DNA from: Saccostrea echinata
Taxonomy: Eukaryota
Assembly (NCBI RefSeq): GCF_033153115.1
Contig: NW_026889774.1
Coordinates: 5,084,001-5,148,000 of the forward strand
DNA: 64,000 nt
Direction of reading: 5' to 3'
Program-made: the position numbers and the translations under genes
Part shown: positions 54,092 through 64,000 of the stretch, in pieces
Layout of the letters: each line of letters opens with the position of its first letter
Position numbering within the stretch: the stretch's first letter is position 1
Notes under the pieces: generated by a model
What the model saw: only the letters and a program-made list of their open reading frames with translations
Databases searched by the model: none
What the model was told of the DNA's origin: nothing

Positions 54092-55951
54092 GGTAAGGGT
54101 GATACAGCTATAATCATACAAACGCCCTTTCTCTGGTGGATTTAATGCACCGTTTAATGAAGAGGAAATCAATTTGTTGTGGCCAGTAATTGCCAAAGAT
54201 AGGTGACGGGGTCTTTATTAAACAAAGTCGTGTCCATTTTGTTTTTATTACACGTGTAAAATTAACATCGTAAACATTGCAACTTTGATCTCCCGAACTT
54301 TATTCTCGCACTCCTTTTTTTGTGAAAATATGCATGCTACCTTAATTGAAGACACGCCTCCATGTGAAAACTTTTTTTGTCATGTTCATGATTCAAATTT
54401 AAGAATTCATGTTTTTATCAATTAAAGCTGATTATGTGGTTAAAACTTATCTAATGTGTAAATACAATGTACAGTTAACTTTTTTCTGCAAGGATAAATT
54501 TTAAGGATTAAGTATTTCACAATAGATGAAAAAAAAAAACACTTTTATTAATCATTGAAAATTCTTACCTGGTATGGTCATAAACAATATTGCTATCAAA
54601 TGAAAGGTTTCGGAAGATTTTTTGCAAACGAGGCCACCGTGAGAAACAAGAGATTTGCTTCTAAATGCTTCAAATAAGATTTTGATATGATGAATTTCCA
54701 CTGAAGACTTGTATAAGTGCTCATAAAGAACAAACATTCTCAAATAAGCGTCAGAAAAGTTTGGTTTTATTTTGTCAAATAGTAATAGAGAAGTTTTAGT
54801 ACCACTACATTGTGGTATATTTTATAGTTAACACATAACAATAAACACAGCTGGTAAAACAGTTCTGTAGTAGAGTTTCATGTGCTGTCATGGACTTCAA
54901 TTACTACATGTATATTTACTTGACATTATGATTTCATTATTGTTTACAGTTGGTTTATATATTTATATCTATAGTGTCTTGGAAATTTTGCACTTCAGAA
55001 AACTACGGTTTATTAAATATTCTGTAGTTGTATCCACTGGACTAAATAGATATATATTTTTATCAGTTTGTTGGCAAATAAGTCATAGTGGGATTGAGCA
55101 TTTTAATTATACATGATAATTTGTTTACTGCTTAAAGACTTGAAAATATACAGTGTAGATAATACCATATGTTTGCATTGTCTTACAAGCCCAGCTAGTT
55201 TTTCATTTTAGGTAGAATCTTCCTCTACGTCATATGCTTGGTCACAACTAGACTAAGTGTACAATTTCCTTTCTTGGCAATGTTTCATAACCTTTTCACT
55301 GAATTTTACACTCTTTTGTCTTCATCCACGAAAAGCGAAATTCTCTTCAGGGTCAAAATTTGAAAATATACACAAGTATACAAGATTAGAAAAATATTTA
55401 TTGCATGGAATCAACAACCAAACAGAAACAAAAGCAAATTTATATGATATACTCAGTACTCCTGAAAGCATCTAAAATTTAAAATCTAGATGTGAAATGA
55501 AATACAATTGTTTGTTTGTTTGTTTGTTTTTGCACAGTTTCCGTATGAAATGAAATTCCACTGGTGCGTTTAGTGATTTGGTTTTCACAGTTACTGAGTA
55601 GCTTTGAGTCGTTCGTTGATATATTCGATTCTCTGTTATAGTTCTACTGAACTGAGAATCAAGATAATTATGGTCTTGACTTTCAAAGAAGACCAAACAT
55701 GAACTAAAGACTGGCGTAGAGTTGCATATGGTCAGCTCGTCAGTGCCATCCAACCACCTATCGCCTGTAAAACGAAAGTTTCGATTTTTTTACCCATTTT
55801 ATGCATTTTTCCACTCCTTGATATAAAAAAAAACAGCAAAGCAATTTCTAACTTGAACTACTTCTATTTTCAGTGTTATATAAAATAAAGTATACATGTA
55901 CGTAACGTTGAACGTTTGAAAGCTTTGGTATTACCTTCATAATAGGCCTAT

Positions 55952-56689
55952 TTATCTGTCGTAACAAGAAATCAAGATGTTATCGGAACTCTCATCATCG
56001 GATAAAACGCAAGTTAAGGCCTGGCTTTCCACCACGGAAATTAATGATGGAGATTTGTCAAAGCTTAAAATTATGGATCCTGTCAATGAGTCAGGTGGAG
56101 ATTCAGTCTCTGGATCGTTGGGCAATGAGTCGTCGGTTTCTGGCGGCTGAGGGTGTACCCTATTACGCCCTATCTTCTTTACTCTCTTCCAGGCGTCCCT
56201 CAGCCGCCCGAAAATTCCCTTCCTTGCTTGGTGATCAGCAGGAGCTTGAGACGTCCCTGCAGTCACCCGTGACGAGGTGAAAATTCCCTTCCTTGCTTGG
56301 TGATCATCAGTAGCTTGAGATGTTCCTGCAGTCACCCGTGACGACTCGAAAATTCCCTTCCTTGCTTGGTGATCAGCAGCAGCTTGAGATGTCTCTGCAG
56401 TCACCCGTGACGACGTGAAAATTCCCTCCCTTGCTTGGTGATCATCAGGAACTTGAGATGTCCCTGCAGTCTCCCGTGACGACGTGAAAATTCTCTCCCT
56501 TGCTTGGTGATCAGCAGGAACTTGAGATGTCCCTGCAGTCTCCCGTGACGAGGTGAAAATTCCCTCCCTTGCTTGGTGATCATCAGGAACTTGAGATGTC
56601 CCTGCAGTCTCTGTTGACGGAGCATACACGCTCACTCTATTTCTCCTTCCACGTCTAAAAAATTTCATGAAACGACTAGAAGCCCCCAT
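55952..56689 (-). CDS. Uncharacterised 245-aa low-complexity protein with six 23-aa tandem repeats
   Basis: Uninterrupted ATG-initiated ORF, GC-richer than its surroundings. The 69-bp repeats preserve frame and non-repetitive coding sequence flanks them. No recognisable domain. Confidence 0.55.
   Translation of the reverse strand: MGASSRFMKFFRRGRRNRVSVYAPSTETAGTSQVPDDHQAREGIFTSSRETAGTSQVPADHQARERIFTSSRETAGTSQVPDDHQAREGIFTSSRVTAETSQAAADHQARKGIFESSRVTAGTSQATDDHQARKGIFTSSRVTAGTSQAPADHQARKGIFGRLRDAWKRVKKIGRNRVHPQPPETDDSLPNDPETESPPDSLTGSIILSFDKSPSLISVVESQALTCVLSDDESSDNILISCYDR
56211..56612 (-). repeat. 69-bp coding minisatellite, 6 units
   Basis: cttggtgatc recurs at 56227, 56296, 56365, 56434, 56503, 56572. 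Unit encodes roughly ETAGTSQVPDDHQAREGIFTSSR. Confidence 0.95.
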
Positions 56690-56713
56690 GCTTGTAATTC
56701 CGGGAACAGCACT

Positions 56714-56729
56714 ATTATGACGTCATAAT
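56714..56729. promoter_or_regulatory. 16-bp palindrome containing a full CRE (TGACGTCA)
   Basis: attatgacgtcataat about 25 bp upstream of the orphan ORF ATG; second full CRE at 57054-57061. Confidence 0.45.
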
Positions 56730-57284
56730 CAAACATCGTCACAATGGAAATTTAACAATAGTTTTGAATGACAGAAAAGACTCTTTTATACACATACAGA
56801 GGTGTGGAACCCTGTAGAATTTTTTTTTTGTAAGGGGTGGATAATGTGTATATCATACTATATAAAGAATTCAGACTAATAAATTGATTCATCTTTTATT
56901 AATTTCAGAAGAACAAAGTACATGTATGTTATTGGCTGTTATTTTACAACTTATACATGTATATTTTTCGCACAATTAAATGTCTTTATGCTTTGTTCAC
57001 ATTGGGATCAAAGCTTATGCTCACTTGTATGAAAATGACGTAATATGCAATAGTGACGTCACAAAACCACGCCAAACATCAGCTGCTCAGCAAAATTGGT
57101 TTATTTTTCATAGAATATCAGCAAACTTTGATTAAATTAAATAATTGTATAAAATTGCTAGCTAAAAACCTTTTCCATAATTAAATTCGTGTCTGTTAAT
57201 GAGTGGAGACACTTTTTGAAAATAATTAGACCGGAAATGAATATAATTATAATATCATGCACTGTTAACATTCATGCTTTTGCA

Positions 57285-57840
57285 CATCTTCGCTAGCCAA
57301 GGGATTCTGATACGCTACTCTCCTCATAAACCCTTGGCATACGGTGCTGACAAAAGACGGGATTGTTTTCGTCGCATGATCACGATTCTACCAGGTACGC
57401 ACAGATTGCGTCATCGACAGAAATAAAAAGCGTATTTAAAACAATAATGTTTTTAAAGAATAATTAACAAGAAGGTATTGGGTTATGTTAATTTGTTATT
57501 TAAACATGTTAAAATGCAAATCTAAATCTTCAGTATTGATTCTTAATCACATATTTTGCACGTAGCTTAAGATATTAGATGACACCATATAGCTATTCAT
57601 AGAATGGCATGTTATCTTACGGATCGTTGTTTACTTGCGTTTTTCATTCCCGATATTAAAGAGTCAAGATATATCCCGAACGCAAATATCGTCATTTACA
57701 AAAAACAATTGCTGATTGGTCGAACGATGTCGATCAACTCCAATCACAACTTGAGAAAAAAATCCCAACTTTTTTTAACACCGTATGCCAAGGGCTTATG
57801 AGGAGAGTAGCGTATCAGAAACCCTTGGCTGGCGAAGATG
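57285..57840. mobile_element. Young non-autonomous TIR element with perfect 9-bp TSD (AcademH/MuDR-like)
   Basis: gcttttgca|catcttcgctagccaagggattctgatacgctactctcctcataaacccttggcatacggtg...caccgtatgccaagggcttatgaggagagtagcgtatcagaaacccttggctggcgaagatg|gcttttgca; ~60-bp TIRs. Confidence 0.92.
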
Positions 57841-58763
57841 GCTTTTGCACAATTTTATGAACAGCTGTAAATCATGTGATCACAAACATAATCCAAATCC
57901 GTAATAAGTTTAAATATATAAATGAACTTTATACATGTACCATATTTGTCTGATATATTTAATTTATGAAGTCTTTTATGATTTAGATTGAACAATGCCT
58001 GTGTCGAGAATTGTATGGTCGGTTAAAGTACACTATGGTCAGGTGTATTTATTTCTCAATATATGTGCATTTGGTGATGTCCTCATCAGTGATAGATAAA
58101 CTTTTCAAATATAATTCTGTATGTTATCATTCAGAATTTCAGATATTTATAGTACAATTAGCTACACTGTATCACCAGTTACTATGTGATAGTATAGCCT
58201 AATGCATGGTTGCTGAAAAAAGGATGTAAATTCCTAAATTTAGGAACCATCTCGCTCTCCCGTCTCTCGGTAATCTCCCTTATTGCTGTATTTAGCAAGA
58301 CACCTTCACATTTCTGACAAACCAACAGTCATTTTAAAACAACAAAAATCAATTAATTAACAGTTGTTTTCCCCCGAACTTATCGTCCTTGCCGAAGAAA
58401 AGCCCGTGTAGGAAATTCTCATCGATGTCTTAGCGTTGTTTATGTATAAAACCACAGACCTTTAGGTTGCTTTGATTCGACTGACAAAACTGGGGGTACA
58501 TGTATAAAAAAAAAAATATTCCTCCCGTTTTAAAAGTCGAATTAAAGCGATCTAAAGGCCTGTGGTATCAGGCACACTCTTTATATAAGTACATGTATGT
58601 ATAACTTAAAGATATTTTGTAACGTTGTTTTTTTTAAAATGCAAAATGTCTGAAATTATACCATCAAAAACTTTTATACACATTTAACTTAGATCTACCT
58701 CATCACCTCTGATTAAAGGTAAATCCATTGCATGCAAGAGTAATAGGCTATAGACTAACCAAT

Positions 58764-58862
58764 GGCCTGTTCAACAGAGCGAACGTTCGCGAGCGCTCGA
58801 CAAAATTCAAAATTATACTTCCAACAGAAATGTTGGCGAGCGCTCGCTGTGTTGAACAGGCC
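58764..58862. mobile_element. 99-bp palindromic MITE (Harbinger-like), same family as 28358-28469
   Basis: ggcctgttcaacagagcgaacgttcgc / gcgagcgctcgctgtgttgaacaggcc. Confidence 0.7.
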
Positions 58863-58880
58863 TCTGGTTATGTTATAGAT

Positions 58881-59030
58881 CAGACCTGGGGTCAATTACT
58901 TTGAAATGTAATGAATTAAATTACAATTACTTTGGAATTTTTTACCATTACAATTACCATTACTCTCATTCAGAAAAGTAATTAATTAAATTACAATTAC
59001 TTTGATAAAGTAATGAATTTCATTACACAT
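58881..59030 (+). mobile_element. Probable terminus of a hAT-like element with caattac subterminal repeats
   Basis: cagacctggggtcaattac followed by multiple (c/t)aattac repeats. The matching other end was not found. Confidence 0.4.
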
Positions 59031-61523
59031 ATTTTATAAGAGAAAAACAAAAATTTTATGACCACACAATTTATATCCATAACTTAACTTTCTCACATTT
59101 TGTGATCGATTAATATGCTTTCCCACATGTCTATAAGTCAGAGTGGTATTTGGATTTTGGATTTATTTATCATGTTCATGTAGTTTACCAATCTACAGTT
59201 GACAAAGAAAGTGGATGAGAACATTTTCAATGTTGTAGTTTTGTTCAGTCTCTGATGTTAGTTCCTCTTCTTCTTTTTTTTTAAATAAATGATAAACATT
59301 TCGAACTATATGTTCTGTGTAAAGTGATATTTAATCAACAGATAATTCTATTATTGTAAAACAAGTATGTATTAATAATTTAATTAATTGGCACTTGTAA
59401 TTAGCTGAGCAGGCGTAATCAAGGAAGATATAAATTTAACACGATTAACCAAAGGTGATAATTACTGGTACTTAAATATAGGGTTTGAAGTTAGAGGTGA
59501 CTCCCAAGGTAAAAAAAAAAAATGAATGATGGACGATATATTTACATTTCCAATGTCTTTTGTCCGAGATAAAATTTCAAATAGTAAAAATACTTAATTT
59601 CTACATAAATCTACTGGTTCATCGATAGGCGTGGTGAAAAAAAATCATGTGCGGGACGGGACAAATAGAGACAGAAGCTTGAGAGACTTGTAGCACGTGA
59701 ATTTGCAGAATCAAGAGCATGTAAATATAAGGAATAACTGTCAGTTTTTTTTGTTTCATGACGATGATCAAACGATTAGCTTGCGTGATAATTTTATGCA
59801 TGAACGCCTTCGGCGTTTTTTTTTTTTTTTTTTTTGGTAGTTGACGACCTTTTTTCTTTTTTTTTTTTTGCTTGTCAGGAATTTTTTGGTAGTGCCCCCT
59901 CAACTGTCAACTGAAAAATGTATGGCTGTGCCCCCCCCCCCCAACTGAAATTGCTTCCTACGGGCCTGACAAGTAAATAATATGGAATACCCTAAATGAC
60001 TATATGTAGGTAAACAAGGGTAGATCGGGGGGGGGGGGGGGGCAGGGAGTTCCGTCCGACCCCGGCATACCATTTTTGCGGACAAATCGCATACTTTTGA
60101 GAAATGAACAAGTGTTCATAATATATATTCACAGAATGGGAAGTTTTAAAACCGTCTCCAGAATTCCAAACGATCATAGGTGCTTGAGGACACCCCCCCC
60201 CCTCCACCCAATATAGACCCCCGGGCCTTTTTGACTTTTTTTCATAAACTATCTTTTAGTAACATATTTGTGATATATAATCCACATATAGTCCTGTCCT
60301 CAAGTACCTATGCAAACTATGTTACGTTCATAAACCATTGCAAATATGAGACTTCTTTAAAAAATAATAATTCAATGCTTATGTTAGCATCTTTGAACCC
60401 CTCTTACTTCAGCAATTTTTAATAATATTTTAGAATCCCGTTTTATCCTTTAGATAATTTACAAATAACACTGGAAAATCGTCTCTATCTTCTCATACAT
60501 GTAGCTCTCTCCTGCGACGTTGATACTGGAGTAGCTGCTATAGTTACCATAAAAGAAAACAGATAAATTACTGGAAGGTTTTGATAATCCATTTATATAT
60601 TTTTTTTCATCTGATAGCAATGACTGAAAGGCAGATGTTTAGTTTCCATACTCAGTAATTCTTGCATTCATATGTCGAACAAATTTAGGTGACTAGGTAT
60701 TGTGTGTTATGTGAAAATATAACTTGAAATTGCTTAACGTGCCTTTATCAGGGGGACATATGGTAAAAGTGTCAATATTATCAAGTATTACATTGTTGTA
60801 TACAAACAATACTATTAAAATTGAACTCACATGTACATAAACATGAATATCACGAAGGATTTATTAGATTTCTTGCAAATATTAAATCATATATATTTTT
60901 ACTACAAGTATGCAGATACATGTACATTGTAGCATCGTTATTCAAAGAAGGGGGTTAGCTAGAAAAGTTAGCTAGAAAATAGTTCACAACCCCCTTAAAA
61001 CATTAAAAAGAAAAAAAGAAAATAACTGACCAAAGTCACTCTCTTAGTATTTATTTAATATCCAACAACCAAAGAACTTGATGGGGAAAACTAAAAAAAA
61101 AACTAAAGATGATACAAAAAAAAAAGGAAATGAGAAAATGATACAAACTAACACGGATAAACTTTGTTAATGTCCCTACTACGAAATAGTTTGATTAAAT
61201 ATTGGTTTTAGTTAATTGCAAGTTCGATTGTATATATACTTTTCGAAATATAGTTACACTCGAAAGTGGGCGGACTATCTCGATGTCCACAGAAATATGA
61301 CGGGTTGTTCATAGAAGGCGAGGTTTCGTCGATGCTGCACATGTTATGGACGAATCGAAAAGTAGGACAGAAAGTCAATCAGAGGAATATTGTCTTCACT
61401 CTTTGAGTGATTTAAAGAATTACAGCTACCATAAATAACTATCCTCCACTTTCCCTTGCCTCGTATCGTGTGTTTTGTATGTTATCAGTAAAACGTAAAT
61501 ATACGTAACGAACAATATAATAT

Positions 61524-62335
61524 GTTGACGGTGCAACCGTTGGGGCGAACGCATTGTTCACTTCATTTTAAGATCCGCCTCTTCAAACCGCACGAGACAT
61601 TTATTTGGAACGCCTAGACTCTGACGTCACATGACGTCGTATGTTAGTTGCATTTCCATAAACAAAGTTTAAAAAATGTGCGAAGATTTTAACAAAGAAC
61701 GTTTAATCTACTATCTGTATGCAATATCCATTAAATTAAGGTGAGTTTATTTCTTGTGAATTTTTAGTTGTTGTAACCGCGCGAACGAAGTTAGCAGCGA
61801 GAACAACAAGTGATGCATTGTGGGTTCAGAATTACTGCGGAAAAAAATTCTGTTGAATGAATGTGCAGTAGTTCGAATTTTCTCTTCGCCCAGGCGTTGT
61901 CGTTAGAGCTCGCTGCGCTCGCTAATAAGTTGACGGTGCGACCGTTGGGGCGAGCGCATTGTTCAGTTCATTTTAAGATCCGCCTCTTCAAACCGCACGA
62001 GACATTTGGAACGTCTAGACTGTGACGTCACATGACGTCGTATGTTAGCAAAGTTTAAAAAGTACAAATATTTTAACAAAGAACGTTTAATCTACTATCT
62101 GCATGCAATAGCCATTAATTAAGGTGAGTTTATTTTTTGTGAAATTTTAGTTGTTGTCACCGCGTGAACGAAGTTAGCAGCGAGAACAAAAAGCGATGCA
62201 TTGTGGGTCAGAATTACTGCGGAAAAAAATTCTATTGAATGAATGTGCAGTAGTCCGAATTTTCTCTTCGCCCAGGCGTTGTCGTTAGAGCTCGCAGTGA
62301 CGAGCGGCGCTTCGCGCCGCTCGCTGCGCTCGCTA
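61524..62335. mobile_element. Head-to-tail dimer of a ~405-bp Helitron-like non-autonomous element
   Basis: Units 61524-61925 and 61929-62335 are highly similar. GC-rich terminal hairpin cgagcggcgc-ttc-gcgccgctcg at 62301-62323. Confidence 0.75.
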
Positions 62336-62414
62336 TTAATGAAATATTAATTACAAATATAGATAATCATCTAACATGAGGGAACCTCATCACATTGAGC
62401 AAATAAATAAACTT

Positions 62415-62860
62415 AACAAGCATTCTGAGAGTATTGCATTAGCAATACTAGTCCCCTACCGGCAAGTGTAATCTGGTTCCTGTTAAGAATTGAAAATGCC
62501 ATAATTCCCTCAAAAATCAATGAAGCGGAACGAAATGCAAACTCGATCTATAACTAATCAAGGTAAAGTCACATACCAAAAATCAGCTCAATATCTGAAA
62601 GCGTTTAGAAGAAAATTGCGGAAAACCCTTGAAAATCAAAAGGCCGTAATTCCGTCAAAAATCGATGAAGCGGAACGAAATGGAAACTTGATCTGAAACT
62701 CATCAAGATACACTTACATACAAAAAATCAGCTCAATATCTGCAAGCATATAGGAAAAAAGTGCGGAAAACCAAGTGGGACAGACTGACAGACAGACAGA
62801 CGGACGGACAGACTCAGAGGAAACCTATAGTCCCCTCCGATTTCACCGGTAGGGGACTAA
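62415..62860 (+). mobile_element. Pearl/Helentron-type non-autonomous element, copy 1
   Basis: aacaagcattctgag, subterminal IR tagtcccctaccgg / ccggtaggggacta, two ~145-bp cores and a (GACA/GACG)n microsatellite. Confidence 0.88.
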
Positions 62861-62978
62861 TAATTTTTTAAGGTAGTTGATATAATTTGACATTCTTTAA
62901 CATGTAAACCACGTAACCCCACCTTTTCAATGGCCAAGATTTCAAAATTCTTGAAAAATTGTGATGAATTCATTGTTA

Positions 62979-63465
62979 TTAGTCCCCTACCGGTGAAACC
63001 GGAGGGGACTATAGGTTTCCTCTGAGTCTGTCCGTCCGTCTGTCTGTCTGTCTGTCCGTCTGTCTGTCTGTCCCTCTGTCTGTCTGTCAGTCTGTCCCAC
63101 TTGGTTTTCCGCACTTTTTTCCTAAACGCTTGCAGATATTGAGCTGATTTTTGGTATGTGAGTGTATCTTGATGAGTTACAGATCATGTTTGCATTTTGT
63201 TCCGCTTCATTGATTTTTGACGGAATTACGGCCTTTTCAATTTTTACGGGTTTTCCGCAATTTTCTTCTAAACGCTTGTAGATATTGAGCTGATTTTTGG
63301 TAAGTGGCTTTACCTTGATTAGTCATAGATCAAGTTTGCATTTCGTCCCGCTTCATTAATTTTTGACGGAATTATGGCATTTTCAATTCTTAACGGGAAC
63401 AGAACCAGATTACACTTGCCGGTAGGGGACTAGTATTGCTCATGCAATACTCTCAGAATGCTTGT
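62979..63465 (-). mobile_element. Same family, copy 2 (inverted)
   Basis: Reverse complement of copy 1 with a longer microsatellite. Confidence 0.88.
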
Positions 63466-63470
63466 ATTTA

Positions 63471-63541
63471 TTAGTCCCCTACCGGTGAAACCGGAGGGGA
63501 CTATAGGTTTCCTCTGAGTCTGTCCGTCCGTCTGTCCGTCC

Positions 63542-63572
<31 letters not shown>

Positions 63573-63953
63573 CCTCTGTCAGTCTGTCCCACTTGGTTTT
63601 CCGCACTTTTTTCCTGAACGCTTGCAGATATTGAGCTGATTTTTGGTATGCGAGTGTATCTTGATGAGTTACAGATCAAGTTTGCATTTCGTTCCGCTTC
63701 ATTGATTTTTGACGGAATTACGGCCTTTTCAATTTTTACGGGTTTTCCGCAATTTTCTTCTAAACGCTTGCAGATATTGAACTGATTTTTGGTATGTGAC
63801 TTTACCTTGATTAGTTATAGATCAAGTTTGCATTTCGTCCCGCTTCATTGATTTTTGACGGAATTATAGCATTTTCAATTTTTAACGGGAACCAGATTAC
63901 ACTTGCCGGTAGGGGACTAGTATTGCTAGTGCAATACTCTCAGAATGCTTGTT
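63471..63953 (-). mobile_element. Same family, copy 3 (inverted, tandem with copy 2)
   Basis: Near-identical to copy 2, separated from it by 5 bp. Confidence 0.88.
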
Positions 63954-64000
63954 TACAGTGTATGGGAAGAAATTCTGTGGATTTTCTCCGGTGTTGCTTT

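Noticed and set aside
55472-55753. LDL-receptor class A domain suggested by DGTDE..C
   Set aside because: The other five LDLa cysteines are absent and no in-frame upstream exon was found.
59619-60422. Cluster of short ORFs
   Set aside because: Driven by homopolymer runs (poly-K, poly-P, poly-G) in repeat remnants; no splice structure or domains.
62857-63679. ORFs with TDRQTDGQ repeats
   Set aside because: Translations of the (GACA/GACG)n microsatellite inside non-autonomous elements.

Overview
AT-rich, intron-containing eukaryotic DNA, most likely from a bivalve mollusc such as an oyster. This is inferred from pearl/CvA-type elements with 166-bp Cg170-like cores, oyster-type SINEs and an HSPA12 gene. 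I assembled seven spliced genes by hand from splice sites and exon phases: HSPA12-like (-), WDR55 (-), a divergent PGAP2-like gene (+), ATG13 (-), two canonical PGAP2 paralogues (+) and a single-CUB type-I membrane protein (-). There is also an orphan 245-aa ORF containing six 23-aa repeats (-). WDR55/PGAP2-like and ATG13/PGAP2 are each head-to-head with about 300 bp between start codons. Introns and intergenic DNA are full of non-autonomous transposons, often nested; I found no intact transposase. There is one 196-N assembly gap. The most unusual observations are: (1) a 63-bp tandem array made of the end of WDR55 exon 3 plus its splice donor, giving 12 extra donors behind an in-frame stop; (2) roughly 50 copies of TACATGTA that look like Tc1/mariner excision footprints; (3) a three-gene PGAP2 cluster interleaved with ATG13; (4) the orphan repeat ORF with a CRE palindrome just upstream. 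Family assignments come from motif recognition, not database searches.
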